A stretch of 64,000 nt of DNA from Planctomycetota bacterium (lineage in GTDB: Bacteria > Planctomycetota > Planctomycetia > Planctomycetales > Planctomycetaceae). A program made the translations under genes and the position numbers. The DNA lies in NCBI GenBank assembly GCA_017859815.1, contig JAFMMM010000002.1, positions 714 through 64,713 on the forward strand, written 5' to 3'. Shown here in pieces: positions 54,333-62,962 of this stretch (the first letter of the stretch is position 1; each line of letters begins with the position of its first letter). The notes beneath the pieces were generated by a model. That model searched no databases. It saw only the letters and a list, made by a program, of their open reading frames with translations, and had not been told where the DNA came from.

Positions 54333-55616
54333 TCAGAACATAGACGCGATCAGGTCCAGCATCTGCGAATTTGGAATATCTGAACCGGGCTGAGTCCAGA
54401 GCCACATCGTGCGAATCAGTTCGGCCCCCACCACGGCACACGTGATGGAAAGTACTGCAGACAGACCGATCATCATTTTCGTACCGATGCCCCAGTCAAC
54501 ATCACTGCGACGAATCGTTGCAGTGCCAGCGGCAACTGCACCACCACCGGTCGAGAAGCCATCGTCATCGTCGAGCGATGCTGAGTCTCCATACTCATCA
54601 TAGTCGTCATAGTCTTCGTCGAAGTCTTCGTAGTCATCGTCGTCACTGTACCCGGACTCGTCGTAATCCAGGTCGCCGCCGACTTCCGCTGCACTGTCGT
54701 CCAGACCAGCGGCAACTTCGGTGCTGGGGCCTTCGAAGTCATTTTCGAATGTCAGTACATTGGTGCTGCTGCCGTCGGAGTCGTCATCATCCAGACCAGC
54801 CAGTTCAAAGTCGCTGTCAGCGCGAGCTGCAACGGCTGGCATGTGGAGTTCCGTTGTTGCACCCGCGTCTGAAAGCATTTGCTGAGCCGACGGCACAACA
54901 TCCATGGGCATTGTGTTGCCCATGTCAGCAGGGGAGTCGTCATCGTCATCGAAGTCCAGCGAGATTCCGCTGTCGCCAGCCTCCAGGGAGATACCACTGT
55001 CGTCACCAATTGGGCTGTCGCTGCCATAGGCTTCGAGACTAATTCCGCTGTCGTCCGCCTCCAGACTGATCCCGCTGTCGTCGATCTCAAGGCTGATTCC
55101 GCTGTCTTCGTCCAGCAGCATCGCTCCACTGCCGACAACTTCCAGACTGATCCCGCTGCCGACATCATCTGCTGCAGGGAGCGCCGATTCGTCTTCATCG
55201 ATATCAGGAAGCTTGAAGGTTGCTTCTGTTTCAGCGAGTCGAATGTCGCTGTCGGTATGATCGGGGGCTGCCAGCTTGACATCGCTGTCGCTGTCATCCA
55301 GCAGATCGTCGCCACCAAGAAGCTTGACATCGCTGTCAGAATCCAGCAGGTCGTCAGCAAGCAATCGCACGTCGCTGTCGGAAGCACCGAGACTGAGCGG
55401 AGCGTCATCGTCGGATGACAGATCAGTTGACAGATCCTCGGTCGACTCCATCTGGTTTGAGCGACGATACTCGGTCAGATCCGCTTCGCGAAACTTCCAG
55501 TTACCGCCGTCCTGAAATCCCCGGAGAGCACCGTCCTGGCGGAGCTTCTTGACCTCATCGGTAGATAAACCGAGGAGTTCTGCCGCTTCTTCAAGATTGA
55601 GGTACTTCTTGGCCAT
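54333..55616 (-). CDS. Tail-anchored HTH (excisionase/MerR-like HTH_17) protein with long acidic repeat region
   Basis: Start at ATG 55616. The N-terminus MAKKYLNLEEAAELLGLSTDEVKKLRQDGALRGFQDGGNWKFREADL is a typical HTH_17-type domain. It is followed by SDSDV[KR]L and DSGISLE repeats, a D/E/Y-rich stretch and a C-terminal TM helix (MMIGLSAVLSITCAVVGA). Confidence 0.8.
   Translation of the reverse strand: MAKKYLNLEEAAELLGLSTDEVKKLRQDGALRGFQDGGNWKFREADLTEYRRSNQMESTEDLSTDLSSDDDAPLSLGASDSDVRLLADDLLDSDSDVKLLGGDDLLDDSDSDVKLAAPDHTDSDIRLAETEATFKLPDIDEDESALPAADDVGSGISLEVVGSGAMLLDEDSGISLEIDDSGISLEADDSGISLEAYGSDSPIGDDSGISLEAGDSGISLDFDDDDDSPADMGNTMPMDVVPSAQQMLSDAGATTELHMPAVAARADSDFELAGLDDDDSDGSSTNVLTFENDFEGPSTEVAAGLDDSAAEVGGDLDYDESGYSDDDDYEDFDEDYDDYDEYGDSASLDDDDGFSTGGGAVAAGTATIRRSDVDWGIGTKMMIGLSAVLSITCAVVGAELIRTMWLWTQPGSDIPNSQMLDLIASMF
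54955..55390 (-). repeat. In-frame tandem coding repeats (DSGISLE x6, SDSDV[K/R]L x4-5)
   Basis: A recurrent unit (CTCCAGACTGATCCCGCTGTCGTC and variants on the plus strand) spans 54955..55165. GACATCGCTGTC variants span 55240..55390. All lie inside the CDS 54333..55616. Confidence 0.85.
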
Positions 55617-55890
55617 GATCGAGAGTTCTCCGGGAGGAAGCGGCGATGGCAATTGTTCGTCTGTTCCACGCCAGCCCTGGGTGAAGATGATGAGAGGTCG
55701 CAGTTTACCTGAGCAGCAATCCTTCTGCCTGCCACCTCAATGCTTCATCCTGCGCACATTCCCTTATCGGTCAAATTTTAAATCTGAACAGAGTGAAAGC
55801 AAAGCGTTTATCACGCCTGAATCACAAATGAATCCGGTTATGACGGCCTCCTTACCTCCCGCAGCAACGCTGCATCTGCTACAGCCAGCC

Positions 55891-55918
55891 TTGTCAATTC
55901 AAACCGATCGAATAAACT
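55891..55918 (+). promoter_or_regulatory. Possible sigma70-like promoter for the sugar-phosphate isomerase gene
   Basis: TTGTCA-N16-TAAACT ends 31 nt upstream of the ATG at 55950. Pattern match only, and planctomycete promoter rules are poorly known to me. Confidence 0.25.
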
Positions 55919-55949
55919 CGAGAGCCATTTTTTACAGGAGATCAACGCG

Positions 55950-56801
55950 ATGGCTAAGTGGCAGGTAGGTGTTTTTGCTTCGATCGACGCTGGACTTGGG
56001 GTGCACCTGGAGGTCGCACAGGAGCTGGGAGTTCCGACGATCCAGGTACATGCTCCGCATGCCGGTACCCGAACGCCGGAAGCTGCGGCAGCGTTTCTTG
56101 AACGCTGTGCAGCTGCAGGAATTACCATCACGGCTGTGTTCGGTGGATTCGATGGGGAAAGCTATGCCGATATTGCCACCACCGCAGAAACCGTTGGCCT
56201 CGTGCCGCAGGACACTCGCGCGGCTCGGCTGCAGGAAATGAAGGAAATCAGCGACTTCACAAAACTGCTGAACTGTGACACCGTGGCGTTACACATTGGG
56301 TTCGTTCCGCATGATACCAGCTGTGACGATTATCAGGCGCTTGTCGAAACAACTCGGGATCTCCTTGATCATGTCAAAGCCAACGGCCAACAGTTGAATC
56401 TGGAAACCGGACAGGAGACTGCGGAGCATCTGCTGCAGTTCATTTCCGATGTCGATCGCGACAATCTGTTTATCAATTTCGACCCGGCCAACATGATTCT
56501 CTACGGTACCGGAGAGCCGATCGCTGCACTGCGACAGGTCGCCAAATACGTCCGCAGCATCCATTGCAAAGATGCTCTGTGGGCGGCTGAAGATGTGCGC
56601 GGCACTGCCTGGGGCCAGGAGGTTGCACTGGGACAGGGTGATGTCGGAATTGAGAACTACCTGCGGACGCTGCAGGAAGTCGGCTATGCAGGTCCGCTTA
56701 CGATCGAACGCGAAATCCCACAGGATCGGGAAAGACAGAAAGCCGACATCGGTCAGGCTGTCTCGCTGCTGGAATCACTTCGCAGCAGTATTTTGGGCTG
56801 A
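55950..56801 (+). CDS. Sugar phosphate isomerase/epimerase (xylose-isomerase-like TIM barrel)
   Basis: 283 aa, with AGGAG upstream of the ATG. The pattern of conserved acidic and His residues (HIGF, NLETGQE, FDPAN, H.KD, EREI) is typical of the AP_endonuc_2/TIM-barrel family. Confidence 0.8.
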   Translation: MAKWQVGVFASIDAGLGVHLEVAQELGVPTIQVHAPHAGTRTPEAAAAFLERCAAAGITITAVFGGFDGESYADIATTAETVGLVPQDTRAARLQEMKEISDFTKLLNCDTVALHIGFVPHDTSCDDYQALVETTRDLLDHVKANGQQLNLETGQETAEHLLQFISDVDRDNLFINFDPANMILYGTGEPIAALRQVAKYVRSIHCKDALWAAEDVRGTAWGQEVALGQGDVGIENYLRTLQEVGYAGPLTIEREIPQDRERQKADIGQAVSLLESLRSSILG

Positions 56802-56812
56802 ACACTGGACTG

Positions 56813-56844
56813 AAGAGCGGGACAGAAAACAATCCCGCTCTTCA
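56813..56844. terminator. Perfect 11-bp hairpin between convergent reading frames
   Basis: GAAGAGCGGGA-CAGAAAACAA-TCCCGCTCTTC. It starts 12 nt after the stop at 56801 (+) and ends 12 nt before the end of the minus-strand frame at 56856. No U-tract on either strand. Confidence 0.45.
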
Positions 56845-57124
56845 CGTGATCGCTTCACTCCTGAAGGACAGTCCGCCACAGCCCGGAAGTGCAATCCTTA
56901 GCTGGCCGACCTTGCTGCTTCAGCCTGCCGTTGGCGTCCTGCTTATCCAGTGTCTCGGCAAAGGGCCTGACCGATCTTTGTGTCGACCCGCTGCTGGTGT
57001 GCTGGGCAAGATACTTGTTTTCAGCAATCAAGCGGCTGTTTATCTCGGCACACTCCTCAAAATCTGCCTCCAGTGCCGCTTCGACCGCCGCGTTGTCAGG
57101 CCAACTTGAGTCTCACAGATCGAA

Positions 57125-57592
57125 TCATTTCGCTCTCTTCAGGACGGTTTCGCGAATATCGTCGGACGCTCGATAAACGGGAATGCACACAGCCAGGACC
57201 ACCCCAACGGATTTCTCAGTGAAGTATCCAGGGGCGTTCACCTTCTCAAGGCAGACGGGGACTATATCCTTCTTGAGGAGTTGGTGGTTTACAGGTGGAG
57301 ACCACGAAGCCGGCAATTCTCCACGATATGTTTTCGGCAGCCTCGGCAAAGAGAACAGACCTTGACGATAGCCGCTCCAATCCGAACTGCCGTACAGCTC
57401 AACCCGCCCGGATGTGATCAATCCATTTCGGTAGTTGACCTGGGGATCCCGGTTTCGAGGGCCGCCTCCAAAGTGACTGACGACCGCTACAACGCGTTGG
57501 AGTCGATCGCCGGTGCGATCCAACGTTAAGGCATCACCATCTGTCGCATAAGCGATGCGATAATCCGGCTCAGAATGTGCGTGCCAGAGCAT
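57125..57592 (-). CDS. Hypothetical protein (155-aa intact ORF; may be a fragment of a longer disrupted gene)
   Basis: ATG-initiated ORF with protein-like composition and no obvious SD. The same frame stays protein-like both upstream and downstream across TGA codons (see findings). Confidence 0.4.
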   Translation of the reverse strand: MLWHAHSEPDYRIAYATDGDALTLDRTGDRLQRVVAVVSHFGGGPRNRDPQVNYRNGLITSGRVELYGSSDWSGYRQGLFSLPRLPKTYRGELPASWSPPVNHQLLKKDIVPVCLEKVNAPGYFTEKSVGVVLAVCIPVYRASDDIRETVLKRAK

Positions 57593-57920
57593 CTCATGCG
57601 CATGCAGATCCCACCAAAATCGATAGCAATCGCCTGAATTGATTGACTTGATCTGAGATGAAGGCTTGCAGCAATACCAGGCCTTGCGCCCCTCAAACTC
57701 AAGGAAACGGTCATCAAGCCTCCTATCGCAGAGTAAGGCGTCACCATTTTCAAGTGAGGCGGTGCGAGTGAGGTGCGCAAATCGGTGTCAATATCCCAGC
57801 CCGATTGCCCCTCAGAGCGCCCATAGCTTTACGTTCAGCTTACGGCGTGGTGCTCGGACATCCTGAAAAGCTCCACATGGCCAGCCAAAGTGAAGTGGCG
57901 TTTTCAGCACACACAGCCAC

Positions 57921-58835
57921 TTATTGGTTGACCGAAAGCTGCGGAGGATTCGTTGTGGCACCGGCAGCCGAATGTAGTTCCTCGGTGAGCTGCAGCCGAA
58001 GGTCGGTTGCAGCTGTCACTTTGCGCCGCAGCGTGTCCACTGCGGACTGCAGTGCATTGCGCTCATCCTCAATGTTATTGATGGCTGCCACGAGACCGAT
58101 GCGGTATTCCGGATGCGAGAAGACGTCAGGACCATTCGGGTCGCCCTGGAGTTCATTCTTACGCACTTCGAGTGCTGCCTGAGCGGCCGCGAGCAGATCG
58201 GTCTGTTCGGCGATCCCGCCGTTTGTTCGCTGCAGGGATCGGACAGCACGCGTCATCGCCTGACTGAGGCTGGAGAAACGGTTACGACCGCCGACAGGGA
58301 TTGACGCACGCACGCGTACCCCACCGCTGTTGTCCCACGCCTGGAGTTCCTCTTGCTGCAAAAACCACGTTGGTGAAAGAACACAGGAATTGGCCTGCAG
58401 TTGTCCCGCGTTGACGGCAAATTCGCCGATGTAAGCCGACTTCTGGTTCCTGTCCACGAAGAAGACATGTAGCAAAATTGGTGCTGTCCCGCCCCCCTGC
58501 TGAGTGACCGGCTTCAGCCCCTGGTTCGTTCCCAACCCGTTGATGTTAATCTGGCCGTTCTGAAGAACGTTGACAGACCCGACGTTTCCTCCGGGAGGAA
58601 ATTCCCACTGACCGCCCCAACCAAGTATCGCCGAGGACAGTCCGGCCCTTGCTGCACGTCGTTCCTGCTCGGCCGACCTGTGTCGAGCGATCTCTTCGTC
58701 ACTCTTGACAGTTGCTGCACGGAAGCCACGCTCGATCTCAAGCCGTCGTGCCAAAACACGTGCGGCAAAGTAGCCTTCGGTGGCAATTCCGGCGAAGACG
58801 AGGAAAAACAGCGTTCCGCGAACATAGGGATTCAT
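57921..58835 (-). CDS. Membrane-anchored coiled-coil hypothetical protein
   Basis: Start at ATG 58835 (MNPYVRG...). An N-terminal TM helix (TLFFLVFAGIATEGYFAARVL) is followed by a G/N/Q-rich middle and a C-terminal heptad-like region (LLAAAQAALEVRKNEL...IEDERNALQSAVDTLRRKV). Confidence 0.75.
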   Translation of the reverse strand: MNPYVRGTLFFLVFAGIATEGYFAARVLARRLEIERGFRAATVKSDEEIARHRSAEQERRAARAGLSSAILGWGGQWEFPPGGNVGSVNVLQNGQININGLGTNQGLKPVTQQGGGTAPILLHVFFVDRNQKSAYIGEFAVNAGQLQANSCVLSPTWFLQQEELQAWDNSGGVRVRASIPVGGRNRFSSLSQAMTRAVRSLQRTNGGIAEQTDLLAAAQAALEVRKNELQGDPNGPDVFSHPEYRIGLVAAINNIEDERNALQSAVDTLRRKVTAATDLRLQLTEELHSAAGATTNPPQLSVNQ

Positions 58836-59433
58836 CAAATTACTCCGCGACAGTCTGGCCAGCCTGCATCACACAGCCTTCCGGTTGAAGACGGGGCACA
58901 GGGACCTCTTCTTGGAGAATGTCGGCGATTCAACTTGCCAACTTCGCCATCCTGCCGGTTTCCAATCGAAAACACAGGGAATCGTTGCTTACGGATTGCC
59001 AACTTGCGAACAAATTCAAGAATCGGCAAAGCTTCCTTATCTGCCGGTGCCTCTATGATCATGCTAAACGGCAGATTCGATTGCTTCAACGAAGAACGCC
59101 CGATTCCGTTCTCGCTTGTTCAATCACGACCTCCCATTCCGGTACAGCGGTTATTTTCTCTCTGTCCGTGGTTGGAGAAGCGTACCGGTTACAGCAATTA
59201 GCATGATTTTGCGGGGAATCCTGTTCTGCACTCAATCGGTCAAAGTCCCAATCTGCAGAAAGTCGCAGGCGAGTTTCGCCATCGCTGACTGCCTGTGATG
59301 TTCACTCCAGGAATTCAATTCAAACTCCACTGCCGACACATTCAGTCGTGTCTGAAGCCGGTTATGATTTCCGGTCCGCGGGCCAGTCCCCCTGTTCATT
59401 ACATCTCTGCCACTGCAGAAAGTGCTGTTTCTC

Positions 59434-60516
59434 ATGTCGAATCGAATTTGGAATTTCTCAGCAGGTCCTGCTGTGATGCCGGAAGAAGTGCTCCTGGAGG
59501 CTCGCGACAACCTTCTGAGTCTTGGCGACACCGGCATCGGAATCTGTGAGCACTCTCACCGGGGCAAACCATTTGTCGCAGTCGCAGAAGAGGCGGAATC
59601 CCTGTGCCGACAGATCGGCAATATCCCGGAAGACTACGCCGTACTGTTTCTGCAGGGTGGCGCCTCACTGCAGTTTTCCATGGTCCCCGAAAATTTTCTC
59701 GCCAGGGAAGACACCGCGGACTACCTGGTCACGGGATCCTGGTCTGAAAAAGCGATCAAAGCGGCCGGGATTTTTGGCAAGACACACGTTGCCTGTACCG
59801 GCAAGTCGAACAATTTCGCGGCGATCCCGAGGGACGTCGCCTACAGCGACCATCCCACCTACGTGCACTTCACGTCAAACAATACCATCTTCGGTACTCA
59901 ATTCCGCTCTGAACCAACCGGCTTTCCCAGCGACGCATTCCTCGTATGCGATGCCAGCAGCGATATTTTCAGCCGGCCGCTGGAGATCAGCCGCTACGGA
60001 ATCATCTATGCCGGTGCACAGAAAAATCTGGGGCCAAGCGGGGTCACTCTGGTTATCATTCGAAAGGATCTGATTGAAAGAGGTGCTTCCGGTCCTGCCC
60101 CGATGCTGCAGTACCGAACGCACGCCAATGCGGATTCGATGTATAACACGCCGCCCACCTTTGGCATTTACCTGATGTCACTGGTGTTCCGCTGGATCCA
60201 AAAACAAGGTGGTCTCTCTGCTATCGACGCAGCCAACACTGCCAAGGCAAAAATCCTGTATGACTTCCTCGATCAAAGCAGTCTGTTCACTGCCACCGCA
60301 GCACCTGCAGATCGCTCGCTGATGAATGTCACATTCGTTACTGGAGACGCAGGCAAGGATGCAGAGGTTATCAGTCATGCCGCCGCTGCCGGGTTCAGCG
60401 GCCTCAAGGGGCATCGCAGCGTTGGCGGCATGCGAGCCAGCATCTACAACGCGTTTCCGGCAGAAGGGGTTTCTGCCCTTGTTGAATTCCTGAAGGACTT
60501 CGAGGCAGCTCAGTGA
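59434..60516 (+). CDS. serC: 3-phosphoserine/phosphohydroxythreonine aminotransferase
   Basis: Start at ATG 59434 ([16 protein letters not shown]...). The FSAGPA N-terminal signature, NNTIFGT and the class-V aminotransferase pattern are present. Confidence 0.95.
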   Translation: MSNRIWNFSAGPAVMPEEVLLEARDNLLSLGDTGIGICEHSHRGKPFVAVAEEAESLCRQIGNIPEDYAVLFLQGGASLQFSMVPENFLAREDTADYLVTGSWSEKAIKAAGIFGKTHVACTGKSNNFAAIPRDVAYSDHPTYVHFTSNNTIFGTQFRSEPTGFPSDAFLVCDASSDIFSRPLEISRYGIIYAGAQKNLGPSGVTLVIIRKDLIERGASGPAPMLQYRTHANADSMYNTPPTFGIYLMSLVFRWIQKQGGLSAIDAANTAKAKILYDFLDQSSLFTATAAPADRSLMNVTFVTGDAGKDAEVISHAAAAGFSGLKGHRSVGGMRASIYNAFPAEGVSALVEFLKDFEAAQ

Positions 60517-61325
60517 GTGACGCAAAAAATGGAACGTCGTCAGCCCCTCCGGCGGCCGACCGATCATCAGCACATATCGGAATCGTCTGCTCCCACAAAG
60601 GGGAGCTGACGACGTTTCTCAAGCGTGTTGATCGTCAAAAATCCTACGAGGAAAGGTCGATTCGGATCCGAGGCGGCTTTCTCGGCGAAAGTAATCGAAT
60701 TGTCATCGCCGAAGCCGGAAGTGGATTCGCACGACATCGGGCGGCTGCGGAATGGCTGATGAAAAAGCACCAGCCGGCATGGATTCTGTCAGTGGGCTTC
60801 AGCTCGTCCCTTTCCCAATCTGTTGCGCCCGGCGATATTGTCCTTGCCAGCGAAATTCGGGATCTGCACGGAAACGAGTTGCCTGTCCGTTGCACGCTGA
60901 AGCCCCGCAGTCGTATCCACGTTGGTCGCACCGTTTGTCCGGACAGTCATCCGGCGACGGGTGTCGAAAAACTGTCGCTTGCGGAATCCACCGAAGCAAT
61001 TGCTGCTGACACCGGTTCAATGGCTGTGGTTCAGGTTTGTCAGGAACAGGATGTCCGTTGCCTCACAATCCGGGGAATCATCGATTCCTGCTCTGAAGAT
61101 GTCCCCGAAGCAGCAGCCGGTATGGTCTTCCGGTCAGACAGCCGTTCAAAAGGTGCAGCTCTCGGAAAACTATTCGCAGGGTTCACAGCAGGTGCTGCAG
61201 AGCTGAAAGCATGGCGAAACCGTGCCAGCAACACGGAACTGCATCTCGATCGGTTCCTTGCAGGAGTGACGGAGCAAATTTCTGAGCTTCTGGAGAGAAA
61301 CCGGCAACGTTCATCACGATCGTGA
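60513..61325 (+). CDS. Nucleoside phosphorylase-superfamily (PNP_UDP_1) protein; MTA/SAH nucleosidase / futalosine hydrolase / HpnG-like
   Basis: The GTG start overlaps the serC stop (GTGA). [11 protein letters not shown]...IVIAEAGSG...[10 protein letters not shown]...GDIVLASE follows the fold pattern of the MtnN/MqnB/HpnG family. The subfamily is unresolved. Confidence 0.65.
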   Translation: MSDAKNGTSSAPPAADRSSAHIGIVCSHKGELTTFLKRVDRQKSYEERSIRIRGGFLGESNRIVIAEAGSGFARHRAAAEWLMKKHQPAWILSVGFSSSLSQSVAPGDIVLASEIRDLHGNELPVRCTLKPRSRIHVGRTVCPDSHPATGVEKLSLAESTEAIAADTGSMAVVQVCQEQDVRCLTIRGIIDSCSEDVPEAAAGMVFRSDSRSKGAALGKLFAGFTAGAAELKAWRNRASNTELHLDRFLAGVTEQISELLERNRQRSSRS

Positions 61326-61395
61326 ATACACTAACAGCGTCGGGCGGGCCAGACGCCCGGATGGTTCGATTCCGCTGTCAACGGGAAGCTTCAAA

Positions 61396-62358
61396 ATGAA
61401 GGTGATGCTCGCCAGTCCACGTGGATTCTGCGCCGGTGTTAACATGGCAATCGAGTGCCTCGACGAAGCCGTCCGGCGGGTTGGCAGTGGGATCTATGTT
61501 TATCACGAAATTGTCCACAATCAGCACATCGTGCAACGGTTCACACAACTCGGGGTGAAATTCGTTGATTCTCCCGAGGAAGTTCCACCCGGCTCAGTCC
61601 TTCTGTTCAGCGCTCATGGCGTCAGTCCGGAAATTCGCAGACTCGCCAGGGAACGACGGTTGCAGACAGTTGATGCAACCTGTCCACTGGTCACGAAAGT
61701 CCATCTCGAAGCAATTCGATTCGCGCGTGACGGATATCACATCATCCTCATCGGGCACGAGGGTCACGACGAAGTCATTGGAACGATGGGGGAAGCCCCG
61801 GAAAGCATCACGCTTGTCGAGGACCCACACGAGGTCAAATCCCTGCCATTCACTGAGCACGACAAGCTGGCCTGTCTGACCCAAACAACGCTGAGCGTTG
61901 ATGAGGCCGCTGCTGTCATTACGGCTCTGAAAGCCCGCTTTCCGGCCATCGAGATGCCGAAGAAGGAAGATATCTGCTACGCCACCACAAACCGGCAGGA
62001 AACCGTCAAGCAACTCATCCCTCAAGCACAACTGCTGCTGGTTCTGGGAAGCCAGAACAGCTCCAACAGTAAGCGACTTGCTGAAATTGGTCAGGCCCAG
62101 GGCATCCCTTCGCATCTCATCGACTGCGCTGACGAAATCAGGCCCGAGTGGTTTGATGGAGTCGAAACGGTGCTGATTACCGCGGGCGCAAGCGCTCCGG
62201 AAGTCCTGGTGCAGGAATGTCTTCAGTTGCTGACAAGCACTTATGATGCGGAAGTCGAAGAAACACAATTGCGGGAAGAAAACGTTCACTTCAACCTGCC
62301 GCGCGAGCTTCAACAACTTGGTCCTGCACCCGCGACAAATCTCCACAGTTCCAACTAA
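61396..62358 (+). CDS. ispH: 4-hydroxy-3-methylbut-2-enyl diphosphate reductase
   Basis: SPRGFCAGVNMAIE, SAHGVSP, DATCPLVTKVH, GHEGHDEV and NSSNSKRL are IspH/LytB hallmark blocks. Confidence 0.95.
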   Translation: MKVMLASPRGFCAGVNMAIECLDEAVRRVGSGIYVYHEIVHNQHIVQRFTQLGVKFVDSPEEVPPGSVLLFSAHGVSPEIRRLARERRLQTVDATCPLVTKVHLEAIRFARDGYHIILIGHEGHDEVIGTMGEAPESITLVEDPHEVKSLPFTEHDKLACLTQTTLSVDEAAAVITALKARFPAIEMPKKEDICYATTNRQETVKQLIPQAQLLLVLGSQNSSNSKRLAEIGQAQGIPSHLIDCADEIRPEWFDGVETVLITAGASAPEVLVQECLQLLTSTYDAEVEETQLREENVHFNLPRELQQLGPAPATNLHSSN

Positions 62359-62542
62359 ACAGCCCGCGACTCAAACTGAACAGCCCGCAACGCGACCTTT
62401 CCGAATGTACAGGCTCAAGTGAGTGTGCCTGATGTGACGATACACCCGCTGCCAGGCAGAGAGATCTCCAAATGGGGATGGTCAGCTCTTAGCAGGGCAA
62501 ATTCCCGTCGAGGGAAATGTTGAACAGCAGCATTTCGGGTGC

Positions 62543-62571
62543 TTGAATGCGAAATGCCGCATTTGTAGCAT
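62543..62571 (+). promoter_or_regulatory. Possible sigma70-like promoter of tRNA-His
   Basis: TTGAAT-N17-TAGCAT. The -10 element ends 13 nt before the first tRNA base. Pattern match only. Confidence 0.35.
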
Positions 62572-62584
62572 TCTTCCCAGACGT

Positions 62585-62659
62585 GGTGGCTATAGCTCAG
62601 TCGGTTAGAGCGCCAGATTGTGGTTCTGGAGGTCGCCGGTTCGAACCCGGTTAGCCACC
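62585..62659 (+). tRNA. tRNA-His (anticodon GTG)
   Basis: Hand-folded cloverleaf. The acceptor stem is GTGGCTA/TAGCCAC, the D arm GCTC-AGTCGGTTA-GAGC, the anticodon arm CCAGA-TTGTGGT-TCTGG and the T arm GCCGG-TTCGAAC-CCGGT. It has an encoded extra 5' G(-1) opposite C73, as expected for bacterial tRNA-His. CCA is not encoded. Confidence 0.93.
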
Positions 62660-62840
62660 CTTTAGTAATTTCTGAGACCTGAATTGTTTCGGACAGTTCG
62701 GTGACTGCCGTCTGCTCGATGCACATCTTCAGGTTTGCAACTCCGCTGCATTATTCGAACGAGTTGCACTGCAGGTCGATGCGGATCAGGAATGGTTTCG
62801 GTCTACAGCGAAAGCTGCTGACCGATCACGGAAAAAGACG

Positions 62841-62873
62841 AAAAAGGCCGCTGTGCAAACAGCGGCCTTTTTC
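62841..62873. terminator. Bidirectional intrinsic terminator
   Basis: A5-GGCCGCTG-TGCAAA-CAGCGGCC-T5. It lies 90 nt past the stop of the minus-strand FGE-domain gene and downstream of tRNA-His on the plus strand. Confidence 0.7.
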
Positions 62874-62962
62874 TGTTCCAGGTGTTCCGGAAGCCTGATC
62901 CAAATACGGAGACTTTAACACCCGCGTCAATATCCACGAGACCGTAACGGCTAAGCCACCTC

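Noticed and set aside
54955-55390. Regularly spaced nucleotide repeats that could be mistaken for a CRISPR or minisatellite array
   Set aside because: The units are about 21-27 nt, degenerate and without unique spacers. They are in frame inside a long ORF and encode DSGISLE / SDSDVKL peptide repeats.
57113-57127. Selenocysteine or programmed read-through at the two in-frame TGA codons
   Set aside because: Two TGAs sit only three codons apart, another lies upstream, and I saw no obvious SECIS-like hairpin immediately downstream. There is no redox-motif context (no CxxU/UxxC). Pseudogenisation is simpler.
61594-62346. 250-aa minus-strand ORF
   Set aside because: It is antisense to ispH, whose frame contains every IspH hallmark block.
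62415-62726. 103-aa minus-strand ORF
   Set aside because: It runs straight through the tRNA-His gene, so the tRNA fold explains the sequence.
62585-62962. tRNA-His as an integration site for a genomic island
   Set aside because: There is no integrase, no recombinase and no direct repeat of the tRNA 3' end in the flanks. The neighbours are ordinary chromosomal genes, and a normal bidirectional terminator follows.
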